64,000 nucleotides of DNA from Azolla caroliniana (taxonomy: Eukaryota > Plantae > Polypodiophyta), in NCBI GenBank assembly GCA_043228905.1, contig JBHGNT010000014.1:14136001-14200000 (forward strand), in the 5' to 3' direction. This document shows positions 51,801-63,039 of this stretch, in pieces. A program made the translations under genes and the position numbers. The notes under the pieces are model-generated. The model ran no database searches. It was given only the letters and a program-made list of their open reading frames with translations, and was not told the origin of the DNA. Numbering within the stretch: position 1 is the first letter of the stretch; each line of letters starts with the position of its first letter.

Positions 51801-54189
51801 ACAGTACTCCTGGAACTGCCCCCGGTATTCCCCTCCGTTATCCGCTCGTATCGCTTTCAGCTTCTTGCCGGATTCCCTTTCCACTCTCGCGTGGAGTTCT
51901 TTGAAGACGCACAGCACTTGGTCCTTTGTCTTCAACGGTGCCGTCCACAGTCTTCGGCTGTGATCATCTATGAAAGTTACGAAGTACTGGGCTCCGCCAT
52001 GTGACTTCGTTTCTACCTGACACACGTCGGTGTGCACCAACTCCAATGGTGCGCTACGTCTCGTCGGTGGCCTTGAGTGGAAGGAGGTTCGGTTCTGCTT
52101 ACCGGCCAGGCAGTCGGTGCACTTCTCCAGGTGCACATGCTTCACCGGAATAAGGTTGTCTTCTGCAAGCCTCTTCATCCCCTTCTCACTCATGTGGCAC
52201 AGTCTTTTGTGCCACAGCTCACCGGCAGTGTCGGCTGCCACATTCAGCTCTTCCGGACATAACCGGGCATTCATCAGGTACAGTGTGTTGACCTTCCGGG
52301 CCCGAGCCACTATCAAGCTCCCCTTGCTGAACTTCATGACACCGTTCCGGATGCTACCCGTGTAGCCTTCATCATCTAGCCTCCCGGCCGAAATCAGGTT
52401 CAGTCGGACCTCCGGAACGTGTCGGACATTCTTCAGCAGCATTTTGCATCCGGTCGGGGTTGTCAACCACACGTCTCCTATGCCGGCAATCCGGCACGTA
52501 CCTTCGTTTCCCATCCGAACACAGCCATGCTCGCCGGCTGTGTAGGATGAGAAGTATCTTCTCTCCGGGGTCAAGTGGAACGATGCTCCGGAATCGACCA
52601 CCCAGGTCGTCTCATCGCTGGCAATGTTTAGTTCACCTTCTTCAGTGATGAGCATGATCTCCTCTTCACTTGCCGCGAGTGCCGTCGTTCCTTTCCAGTC
52701 CTGTCCTCGCCGATCCGAACCATTCCGGTCCGTGGCTCCCCGGTATGCACCGTTTCTCTCCGGTGACTTCTTCGAATCGGTGTTGTCGGTTCCATTGTCT
52801 TTTCGGTAATGCCGACAATTCTTTCGGAAGTGCCCCGGCTTCCCACAGTGGAAGCATGTGGGCCTTCCTCTTGACTGCGATCGGGTCCCCGACTTCTCCC
52901 GTCTTTGCGGACTCCGGTTCCATTGTCTTCCCCGATCCGATTCGGTAAACAACATCTTCGGGTCGGAGGCCGGTTCCTTATCTCTCCGACGCGCTTCTTC
53001 ATTCAAAATACTTGTCTTTACCGTCTGTAAGGACAAGTTATCTTCGGTGCAGGAGGTGCTGAGAGTCACCACCAAGTTCTCCCAGCTTTCTGGCAATGTA
53101 CACATCAGGATGATGGCTTGCATTGCATCCTCCAACGGGAACTTAATCGCCGCAAGCTGGTTCACGAATCCCATGAACGTGCTTACGTGTTCAACCATAC
53201 TCTCGCCGTCCCGGTACTTGAGGTTCACTATCTTCCTCATCAGGGAGGTCCGGTTCAACGCATTCTTCCTCTCGTAGAGGCCCGACAGCTTCTTCCACAT
53301 CTCATATGCGTTGGTGTCGTTCGCCACATGTTGTAGGACGCTTACATCGACATATTGTCGGATCGTCGCTACGGCTTTCCGGTTCAGGAGCTTCCACTCC
53401 GACTCAAGTACCCCCTTCGGTATTTCCGACCTGTCAATCGGTTCGTACAGGTCCCGAACAATCAGAAGATCCTCCATCTTGATCTTCCAGTCGGCGTAAT
53501 TCTGTGCATTCAGCACCATCATCCCCGGCTGCCCGCTGCCGCCGCCTTCCATTTTCTGCAACAGTCGCTCTGATACCAGTTTGTAAGGAATAGACGCTTC
53601 TATTCACCTTCACCGCTCGGCCACAACCGAGTAAGCGCGAATCGATGGAGCAGAAAATAGGAACCACAAAGAGAAACAAAACGCGAGTACACAGGGATTA
53701 ACGTGGAAAACCCTATACGGGAAAAACCACGGGAGTACAAGACTCCAAACCAACACTATACAGAGAAGTATACAATGGCGAGCTGCAAGGCGACGACCTT
53801 GAGCTCGCTGTCCTCGCCACAGGCGGCGGAAATACACAGAGGCGTCTACCTCTTCCTCTCTCGCGCTCTATCTCTCTCTCTCTCACGGCTGCTTACACTT
53901 CACTCCTCTTGAGTGGAAAAACAGAAAAATGAGAAGCAACAACTAAACTATTTGCCCTAAGTCATATTTATACTTATATGACTTTGGACTATTTACAACT
54001 GTAGCCTCAGGGGCCCATAGCGAACATATTCACGGATATGTCCCTGCATCCGGATCGCTCTCCGGGTACATTCGTCATCCGGTACCGAAACCGGGGTCTT
54101 CGTCATCCGGATCCGAAACCGGAACCGGGCTTGTCGGCATTCATCTCCGATATCCGACCATCCCATGCGAAGGGACCGTAATCCCAACA
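48830..54189 (-). mobile_element. Intact, very young Ty1/Copia element
   Basis: TSD ACAAC. LTRs 48830-49465 and 53582-54189 look identical except for one 28-bp repeat unit. iMet PBS at 53567-53578; PPT at ~49466-49476. Confidence 0.97.
49476..53561 (-). CDS. Copia gag-pol polyprotein, 1361 aa, uninterrupted
   Basis: CFHCGKPGH knuckle, WVVDSGAS protease, HTDV/RADNGGEY/NGLAER integrase, YVDD RT, STTEAEY RNase H. Confidence 0.97.
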   Translation of the reverse strand: MQKMEGGGSGQPGMMVLNAQNYADWKIKMEDLLIVRDLYEPIDRSEIPKGVLESEWKLLNRKAVATIRQYVDVSVLQHVANDTNAYEMWKKLSGLYERKNALNRTSLMRKIVNLKYRDGESMVEHVSTFMGFVNQLAAIKFPLEDAMQAIILMCTLPESWENLVVTLSTSCTEDNLSLQTVKTSILNEEARRRDKEPASDPKMLFTESDRGRQWNRSPQRREKSGTRSQSRGRPTCFHCGKPGHFRKNCRHYRKDNGTDNTDSKKSPERNGAYRGATDRNGSDRRGQDWKGTTALAASEEEIMLITEEGELNIASDETTWVVDSGASFHLTPERRYFSSYTAGEHGCVRMGNEGTCRIAGIGDVWLTTPTGCKMLLKNVRHVPEVRLNLISAGRLDDEGYTGSIRNGVMKFSKGSLIVARARKVNTLYLMNARLCPEELNVAADTAGELWHKRLCHMSEKGMKRLAEDNLIPVKHVHLEKCTDCLAGKQNRTSFHSRPPTRRSAPLELVHTDVCQVETKSHGGAQYFVTFIDDHSRRLWTAPLKTKDQVLCVFKELHARVERESGKKLKAIRADNGGEYRGQFQEYCRSKGIRLEFTVPKTPELNGLAERMNRTIMERVRSMLAHAKLPKGFWAEAMSTATYVINRSPSVPLDGDTPQRVWTGREVSYRHLKVFGCLAYVHVAKDRRGKLDPKTRPCIFLGYGDDEFGYRVWDPVDKKIFRSRDIVFMEDKTLADWESEKKMKSSKSTGEDKLYEEQSRPARDRLALEDPAEDGEETEPAEEDENDTGTGPDPEMDSDEEEESEEPVTEAPKRRYPQRERRAPRRFPEPEHVLLTDEGEPESFEEAKHDTQSRRWLSAMQDEMDSLHENHTYELVELPKGKRALRNKWVFKLKPGDARNPPRYKARIVVKGFQQKKGVDFDEIFAPVVKMTSIRTVLSIAASMDLEVEQMDVKTTFLHGDLDEEIYMQQPDGFEKKGKEHLVCRLKKSLYGLKQAPRQWYRKFDSFMTDEGYLKTQFDHCVFVKKFEGGDFLILLLYVDDMLIIGRDQVKIRMLKKALHRTFSMKDLGPARQILGMHIIRDRSKKQLWLSQEKYVTKVLHRFNMSEARPVGSTLPTNCKLSSKQSPKTKAEKEDMMKVPYASAVGSLMYAMVCTRPDIGHAVGVVSRYMSNPGKEHWNAAKWILRYLKGTANVCLRFGSGKPELDGFTDSDMSADADASRSTSGYVMTYAGGAVSWQSRLQKTVALSTTEAEYMAAVEAGKEIIWMKDFIRELGIRQEEYRLYCDSQSAIHLAKNAAYHSRTKHIQRRYHWIRERIEDKEFVLTKIHTDENGSDMLTKVLTPDKLEACRKRIGLERHPMPK

Positions 54190-57100
54190 ACAACATGCGA
54201 CAAGAGCCGGTGAGCGTATTGAGGAGGCCTAGTGGGCACGGTGATGACGGCTTGCTAGAAGATCGAGAGCGAGAGGGACCTTCCACACCCATTCTAGAGA
54301 CTTCGGCGGTTGCGGATCAACGTGAGACCGGAGAGACGGCGGGTGGCGGTGAGGAATCGGAGGCTGAAGCGGACAAAGTTATCGGAGCGGGTATCCGGTA
54401 TGAGATGATGGACGAGCGGGTCCAAGATGGCGAGCTCGGGTCGGAACGGGCTACAGTGACAAAGGAAGAAGTGGCCGACGCAGAGGTCGGGTCTACGGCG
54501 GATGAAGGACATAACACGAAGCATGCACTACGGTCGGTGAAGGGCCCAAGAACGAGCATGCATCCGAGAGAGCGTCAACGAGTGACCAGAAATGGTGGAC
54601 TGATTGAGCCTTTGAGAGGCGAGGACTCAGTGGTGGACCGAGAGTGGGAGGAACCCTCCACACCTACCCGTCAGGCATCGACGGTCGCGGATCGAAAGGA
54701 GAACGAGGAAACGGTGGGTGGCGGCGAAGAGTTGGACACCGATGCGGAGGTCGGGGCTACGGCGAAAGCGCGACATGAGACGCATGCAATACGGTCGGTG
54801 GAGGGCCAAGACACAAGCATGCATACGGCGGATGGGCGACAACGATTGACCGACGATGACGGTCGGGTCAAGCCTTTGAGAGGCAAGCGCGGGACGAAGG
54901 ACGGCGCGGCAAAACACCAAGATCGACGACATGGGCCGAGCGCGATCGGCATGAGCGGAGAGTTGTATCTAGGAAAACAAAGGAGATGCACGGAGAACAA
55001 CGGGGTACACACCGGGAAGAGAAAGCGTGGCGGCTTCCCGGAGGGCATACAAGGCCAAGCGGGCCAAGAGGGTGCAAGTTGAGGCGAGGCGATAACGAGA
55101 GCCTCGAGGGACATCGACACGGAGGTCAGGATGACGGTACGCTCTACGGCGAGAGTGCACGACGGGCAAAGGAGAGGCAAGGAATGCGGAATGGGGCCGC
55201 CTAAGGGCCAAACAATGGGCACATATTCGGGGGACAACATCGTCGCATGGGAAGAGCCTACGGAAGGCAAGCACAGAGAGGAGAGAGTCGGCACGCCGAG
55301 GTGCGCGGCACGCAAAGGGTGGAATCCGGCATGTGACCGGGAGCGCATCCGGAGGATATACGAGGCGGACAAAGGAAGAGCAACCGGGTCGGCGACGGCA
55401 TTTGGGAGGACCGAATGGGGAGGAAAGCACGGGCATCGGATACGGCGGGTCGGATGTAGTTGGTGGTTCAAGGACCCACGGTGGACGTGGCGAATCGGGT
55501 GGAGGCGACGACTCGGCGAACATCGTCGAGTGTGGCGGATCGGATGGCGACGACGGTTCGAGACCATTCGGCGAGGATGGTGGACCAGAAGACGGCGGTG
55601 GTTCGTGTGGACGGGGTGGTCTTGCTCGAAGTGGAAGACAAAACCGGGCTGGCCCACAAGGACGCTAAGGACTCGGCCGGTCGTCGTGGCCAAAAATCTC
55701 GTGTTCTCTCCCCTATGTTTTGGCACATACTAGTGGATGTGCGGTTAGGTGGGGGCGGATGTCGTGAAGATTTTCGTCCACGAGCGGAAACCCGAGCAAC
55801 GAGAGCCAAAGAGCGATGTGCAACGTTGCACACGTACATAATGTATTTGTAATAATAATAGGGGTAAAGGGTATGGTGCTAGAAATGCCCCATAAGATCC
55901 CTAAGGTATAAAGGCGATGTGGTCTTGTGCGCACATCCACGCGAGAGAGAGAGAGAGGTACTATGTGGTACATACGTACCTAGTTGTTTGTGAGGAGGTG
56001 GGAGTTAAGGGGCCATCAATCTCACCCTCCCCCAAATCAAGGCAAATATCCCCTTTGAATGAAAGGGGATATTTTAGTCTCGTTTTTGTAAACAATCTTC
56101 CCTCCTTGTGCTATAAAAGGAGAGGGAAGGCACCATTGTGAGGGTTGCCTATTTTGAGTGTGCGAGGTATACCACATAGGTCGAGCATTAGGGTTAGGGT
56201 TAGGGTTTCGAGTAGTCGTTTGGTGCGGCCTATGCGGCCACCATTTTGTAATCGTTCACTTCGTTTTAATACATCTTGTTGATCATCTTGTCTCCATCTT
56301 CCTCTTGTTCGATCTAATCTCGTGTTCATTCTTCTTTTTCTTGAGCAAAGCTTCCATTCCCTGTCTGATTCCTTCTCCTCCACTCCTTAGTCCAAGACCC
56401 CCGTGGTCCCGCCCTTCTCCACGCACGTGCGTAACAACGCGACAACGGTTCAATCCTTTGACCATTTAATTATAAGGAATTATCTTTGGAAAATAAAAAA
56501 ATATTTTTTCTACCAATAAAGTTGACTGCACAATACTAGTTTATTTGAACTACAATTTTACTTCTTTTCGAGGGTGGTTTCACACTATGTGTTAGAAACA
56601 TCATGACAACAGTATGGAATATTGCATGTAGAGGGGTCGTGGAATCGGCAAGGTATCGGAGCATACGACTATTCCACTGTATTTGGCCCAAAAATCGGCC
56701 GAGTGCTTTGGCCGTAGTGGGGGCCGGAGCTTTCAAGATGGCTTGCACTTTTTTTGGGTCCATAGTGATACCTTTGTACTAACAATGTGACCTAGTAAAC
56801 CTCTACTTGTCACTTGGAAAACACATTTGGCCGAATTGAGGTTGAGCCGTGCGTGCCGACATCTCTTGAGGCATAATCGTAATTGCGCAAGGTGTTCCGT
56901 GTGTTGTCCATCAACAACGAAATCATCAAGGAAGACTAGCATAAAGGCTGGAATGAAGTCCTCCAAGATTTCGGAGATTATGCGTTGAAATGTGGCGGGG
57001 GCTATTTTCAAGCCAAATATCATAACCACGGTTACATATACACTCCATTCTGTTACGAAGGTTGTTTTCTCCTGATCATCCACGTGCATTCGAATTTAAA

Positions 57101-60100
57101 TATAGTCACTGAAACCATCGAGAAATCTATAACAATCGTGGCCGGCCACCGTATCGAGGATACTGTCGATGAATGGGAGTGGAACGGCAGCCGTTAGCCA
57201 TGTGGCCCTTTTTACTGCCCGGATGTATACTACGTGTAGTAATTTATCTATTTCGTCTTTTACTTTCGCCGCATATTTAGGATTCATACGTTATTGTCGT
57301 TATTGAATTGGCTATGCGTCTGTTTGAAGGTGTATCTGGTGTTGGTAGTACTAAGGATCTAGGCGTTTCATGTCACTATAGGACCATGCAAACACTTCCT
57401 AAAACTCCGTAAGCAGTCCTATTAAGGCCGATTTGTTGCTAGTTGCCAGGTCTTTGGCAATTGTTACGGTACGTGGCTCGAAAGGTGAGCCATGGTTGAC
57501 ATTTTCTAAGGTGGAGCCTTTTACACGCTGTGATATTGCTACTTTGCGGTCAAGTGCGTCACGGGCTTGTTGAAGTTCTTTTATTGATGTCGGGTCAAGT
57601 TTCTCGAAAACTTCGTGATCGATGGCATTTTCTATGTAGGGTTCGATGTTCGAAAGGACGTCGATTTCAAAAAGCAGAACTATCGTAGGATGCTCATCTC
57701 GTCGTCTGCGAGACCATCTAACATATGGACTCCTTCAGCGTATAATGGGTTGGTGTTAGGAGGAGTCGGGGTTTGTGCTTTCGTAAGAATGCAGACTTTA
57801 GTTTTCCTGTGCCGAAATGAGATCATGTTACGCTACCAGTGCTACTTGATGTTGGCAGTATGCATCCATGGACGTCCAAGCAGGAGGGGGTAAGCATCGG
57901 GGCCTCTAAGCGAAAATTTACGGCTGACATGGTAAAACCGTGTCCTCCCAAGGTAGATTCCAGGTTTCGGATGATGGCTATCGAGCGTATCGACCGCCAT
58001 TTGTCACCATAATGGACACGACTCCCATTGAGTGATATCAATCTTGTTGCATGTCGCTTTTGTAATGACATTGACGCCTGACCCACCATCGATAATACAT
58101 TTGGGAATTTCCTAAGCTTGTAAGATGAGCTGTACGGATGGATTTTGTGAATCCATCAGAGGAGGTCCTGGTGTCGGGGCCATCAGGTTTTACCGATGGA
58201 TGCAACGGATCCCGATTTATCAAGGAATAGACCGTCTCCTTGAAGTGAGGTAATAGGTGGAGGAATTTATGCAGCGGCATTGAGATTTGGGAGTCCGCGA
58301 GCGCTTGCCACCCCGGATTGGTATCAGTGTGATCGGTAGACCTAGGTCGATATGAGTGTGCGGTCTGTAGTTGGTCGTGTTTTCATTCATTGGATTCCGC
58401 TATGTCGGCTTTCATATAGTCTATAGTCTATGTTGGCGTTATTGGTTGCATCTACCCAGTCCTTAGCCTATTGCCGAACAGAGTCTTGGATGTCCCACTG
58501 CGATTGTTGCGTGGTTTTACTGCGTGTGGTCACCTGATGCATGTCGACCGTGATCATGTTCAATGCCGATGCTTTACCCATATTGTTGGTGGGGCACTCG
58601 TTGGCGTAGTGGCCTAGTTGATTGCAATTAAAGTAGGTGATGGGTGTCCAAGTATTGGGGTCGCCCTGCTCGAAGTGGGTGTGTGGTGGATTTTGTGGTT
58701 GATCTTCCTGTCGCTACGGTGCCCCGAGCCTCCATTGGGGGGTTGCACCAGTTATTGTTGCGTTGATTATCGCGGCGGCGATTGTCAAAATGTCGGTAGT
58801 TGCCGTAATTATAGAAACCGCGATTATTTCGGAAGCCACAATAATTCTGTGGGGAATCGTGGTTGTAAACCCTGCAATAGTGGTGGTGACCCTGATGATA
58901 GTGCTAGTGCTTGTTCTTGTGGTGTGGTTGATTGGGGTAGCAATAGGGCTCGGTATGATATTCGTTTTCCTGATTGTAACATGTCGTGTCAAAGGTACCC
59001 CCCGTGTTATACTGTGGCCAGTTTTTTCCCACAACCGTGTCGCCTCTCTGTTCGGTGGGGGTGGTTGCGCCTGATTGGGACGAGGCTCAATTTGGTGAAC
59101 TGGGGCCGTGTTCATTTGGTTCAACATGTTATATTCACACTGCTCGACCATGTGGACCCATGAATGGTAGATGGGGCAATGTGGTCGTGAAGGGCAGTCA
59201 AGGGCGAAGTGCCCAGATCTGGCGCATACCGTGCATTGTAGCGCTTGTTGGAACTATGTTTCCTCAATCGTTGGTAAGGAAGTTTGAAGCATGCCCATTG
59301 CGAAGGAATTGCTATGATGTGCCCTATCGAGCGCAAGAACGCGGCCAACCACTTGCTCAATGGTTTGTTGTGAAAAATCCATGAGAGCCAACATCATGCA
59401 TACAGGCTCACAGAGGTCGTCCAGGAACGTATCCTTTAGATGGTTTGCCGAGACATCTTGTGCCAGTTGGCAGTAGAGATCTTGAAATCGGAGAACAAAC
59501 TAGGATATGGTTTCATTGGGTGCATGTGTGATTGTGTAAAATTGCCGAAACAATTCCCGTTTGAGAACCTCTCGGTGGAATAATTCCAGAAACTGTGTGC
59601 AGACGTCTTGGAATGTGGTGAACTCCCCAGGATCATACCGGGAATACTAGCATGTAGTGGGGCCGTCGAGGGAGGGAATAAATTCGGCGATTTTAGAGGC
59701 ATCGATCTTCACATCAATGAGCCATTGTGTCGAATGGTTGGCTTGCCACGTGTTGACAAAGGAGCGGATGTGGGCTTCGGCATCCGGGCCATCCGTATAG
59801 CGGACATAGGGGTGATACGACATTGTATCAAGATCTGGGTTGTCCGGAAGGGTCGAGAACGGTGAGACTTCCGGAGAACTTGGAGGGGTAGCAATATCAG
59901 GACCGATATGTGACTGTGAGTCTAGGGTTACTAGTGGTGAGATTCGCGATTTCGGGGACGAATGCAGTGTGAGTACGGAATCAGCGGTCTCCTCGGCGGT
60001 CTCGATGCGACGAGACAGTGGCTGAGAGCAAGTACTTCCATTGGGCGCCGTACTGGCGACTAGGATTACCAGCACGTGAGTTCGTTGTGCTACACAATGT

Positions 60101-60120
60101 GAACCGGGCATGCCAAATTG

Positions 60121-60621
60121 TGTTGCCTTCCTCTCCAAAGGCGACACCTTCGATTCCTAACCGGAAGTGGACCAAAGGATTGTGGTACGTGGTGGTCAAG
60201 TTGCTTTTACGAACGGGATGACACTATACAAATTATGTAATAGTAAACCGCGACTTATGCATACACGATAGCGAGAGATAGGTTACTTAACAACTATTAA
60301 AAGCGAACAATAACACAAAATAGACCCAACACTATTTAGATTATGAAATGAGTAATGATTAGAGTTACACGGCTATCTGCCGAAATGTATTAGATACACT
60401 GTTGTATGATTAATTGCGTAATAACCTCAGACTTCGCTCCTATATCTCCCTATTCCTTCCATCTGATGTTTCTTTATATAGATGTTCCTTGGTGCACTCC
60501 TTCTCCTTCCACATTTTCGGCTATGTTTATTTTGGTTGCTTCTGATTTCTTTCGGTTGTTTACTTACTGCTACCTAATTCCTATTACGATTATCATATGT
60601 TACTATTTTAGCCCATGGGCA
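60121..60621 (-). repeat. 5' LTR of the large Gypsy (outer end lost)
   Basis: Colinear with 15445-15945; terminal CA and matching TSD absent. Confidence 0.82.
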
Positions 60622-61237
60622 CGTCGTTGAGGCAACCGAACAGGAGAGAGAGAGAGAGCATGCGTGCGACACTAACTCTTATGCACAGGAGACAAGGGCT
60701 ATGCTCCCATCGCCACCAAATACACCAATATGCACAAACAGATATGAGAATATATATTACAAGGGAAAAGATACAACCCTGGCTTCGAGCTCGACCAAGG
60801 TGGGGTAGGTTACAACGGTAGTCTGCTTCCTAGCCACCAATCGGGGAGCTCTCGGGCTCGTCGTGTTGAGCAGGGTCTTGCATATGAGACCGGGCAGAAG
60901 CAAACCCTAAACATACCCGAACTCTCAACCCACACGAAGAAGATGAAGAAGAAGAAAGAAAGAAACTACCCAGATGAAACCCTAGAACGAAACAAGAATA
61001 AGAGGAACTACCTACCCTAAATCCAACGGTATACACTCCTAACTCAAAATCGGCAACCGTCAACAAGGGACCCCCTGCCTCCTTTTATCGACCAAGGAGG
61101 GTTGGGCGTTACAATATGCGACAAATACTCCCCTTTATTCTATACACCGTCTCCTACTATACATGTGCACATGTTGCACACCACCGACTTGCCCTTTCCA
61201 CCCCGGTTTCACACTATAGCCGGAAATCTTCACGACA
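60622..61237 (-). repeat. LTR related to the 46065 and 62751 LTRs
   Basis: Ends AATCTTCACGACA (reverse complement of TGTCGTGAAGATT); its left part is an inverted homologue of 62760-63000. Confidence 0.65.
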
Positions 61238-63009
61238 ATGGTCCTATGGGATCCTCACACCGATCCAGAGACACCGACAGTTCAAGCCGACATGGCAACG
61301 TGAGACCGAGTGAGAAGGATGGTGGCGGCAGGAAATGGGAACCGGCGATGCGGCAAGAAAGAACGAGCGGGCATGGCGGTATCAGGACGGCAAGGCGGCC
61401 ACTAACTGAAAACGGGCCTTCCGGTAAGAAACAAAGGGAGAGTCGGGAACCGACCCGGCCGGAAGACAACGTGGAAGATGAGAGGAGAGAAAGGAAGACG
61501 GTCCTATGGGATCCTCACACCGATCCGGAGACACCGGCAATTCAAGCTGGTATGGCAACGTGAGACCGAGTGGGAAGGATGGTGGTGGCAGGAAACGGGA
61601 ACCGGCGATGCGAGAAGAGCGAACCGGGAGCCGGCAAGCCCTTACCAGCTGGGTACGATTTCGGAGGAAAGCCGGTGAGGGGTAAGCAGGGAGCAGAACA
61701 AGAGGTGTTTGAGTGGCCATCAATGGCCAAAACGAAGCACAGGTATGGGACGGTGTTCGGCACAGGCGCTGCCGAACAAGGAAGGCGGGAGACGGCACAC
61801 AGAGGTGCAGAGAATGAAAGCACTGGCACGTAACAGATTACATGGATTGGAGACTGGAAACAAGATCAAGGTCTGGGAAATGATCCTCCACACCCACTTC
61901 GGAGATCTCGGCGGCTCAATCGGAGTGGCAACAACTGGCGTGCCAAGCAAAACCCGAGGGAACAAGCTAGTGGGGACGGGGGGAGGACGCCAAGCGGAAG
62001 GCTCCGAACCGGTGGCAACAACGCAAGATGAAAGTGGCCAAGCGTCCTACTACGGGGTGTTTCTCAGAAGTTGAGGACACCGGTACACAGAGAAGCAGCG
62101 ATGCACGATTTGGCCGGGCAAGGGCCAACGCCGCGTGCATGGGAAGTAACTAGAGTTCGGCACAGGTAGTGCCGAACACGGGAAGGGGATGTGCGGCACA
62201 CAGAGGTGCCTGAGTGGGAATACACGCGTGAAGATGGGTTGCCGGTCTAGGTGATCTCACGTACAAGACCGGAGAGGGATCCTCCACACTGGTTCCGGAG
62301 ACCTTGGCAGTTCGGTCGTCGTGGCAACGTAAGACCAAGGAGAAGGTAGGTGGCGGCGAGGGGACGAAGGCAATGGAGATCAACGCGGAACGACAATTGG
62401 GACGACGCGAAGGTCGACGGAGGCCAAGCAGGCCATCACAAGTGCGGGTGTGGTCTTTGGACGGGGGGCACCGCATATCCGAAGGAACAAGAAGCGTGCA
62501 TGCGGTCGAAAGAAGGGCCAACAGGGAGGCACGCGCATTACGGGATTACAGCGAATGACCTATCGACGGGTCGAACGAGCCTACGGAGAGGCAAGCATGG
62601 AGAAGGAACTGGAGTTGATGGTTCGGACTGGCAAGACCAACACGGCAACCGCAATGCGGATTACAGAAGACCGGTTCCTCACCGGCTAGAATCTCCCACA
62701 CTCTCCGAGCTTGGCACGTACTGGTGGACGTGCGGTTTGGTAGGGGCAGATGTCGGCGGCTTGGCAGCAAGCTGTTGTTGTAACCTAACCTACCTTGGTC
62801 TGAGTCAAAGCCGAGGTTGTATCTTACTCTTGTAATTATATATATATATAAGGTTGCGCATACTCGTGTCTCTGTTGGAGTCGGGGCGTTTCTTCCCTTT
62901 TGTTTCCTGTACATAAGAGGTGTGTGTGGAGTCGGTGATGCGTGCCTGCTCTCTCTCTCTCTCTCCCTCTCTCTTCCTCTCTCATGTTCAGTAGCTTCCG
63001 GTACGCGAC
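61238..63009 (+). mobile_element. 3' part of another non-autonomous Trp-family-like LTR element
   Basis: Repetitive GA-rich interior. TGGCACGTACTGGTGGACGTGCGGTT-PPT resembles 55722-55759. A short LTR starts TGTCGG at 62751. Confidence 0.7.
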
Positions 63010-63039
63010 CAGAATCGTTCTGGTTTGCGCTGCATCCGA

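Larger units (their letters stand above)
46065..56444 (+). mobile_element. Non-autonomous tRNA-Trp-primed LTR element with a decayed gag and repetitive interior
   Basis: 685-bp LTRs at 46065-46749 and 55760-56444; TSD ACGG; PBS TGGTGAACCCGAGGTGAA at 46754-46771; PPT at 55748-55759; no pol motifs. Confidence 0.92.
31352..56608 (-). mobile_element. Long (~2.3 kb net) solo-LTR-like element containing a 104-bp satellite, expanded by nested insertions
   Basis: Termini TGTCGTGA / TCATGACA; flanks ATGG/ACAG. Removal restores the host Gypsy pol frame LHAIFHT-VPFRW. Own sequence is 31352-31575, 42736-42923, 44338-46064 and 56449-56608. Confidence 0.75.
15445..60621 (-). mobile_element. Large degenerate non-chromoviral Ty3/Gypsy element hosting nested insertions
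   Basis: LTR pair at 15445-15948 and 60121-~60621. Minus strand encodes gag with a CCHC knuckle (~58590-58635), protease IIDGGSG (~58090), RT FLDGFS/VFLDDF (56620-57300), RNase H DASDIAIG/NYSTTKREALG (31206-31350 and 19800-20108) and integrase SDQG/STPYYP (18700-19600). Confidence 0.88.

Noticed and set aside
54165-55852. Long GC-rich ORFs on both strands
   Set aside because: Low-complexity interior of a non-autonomous element with no domain motifs
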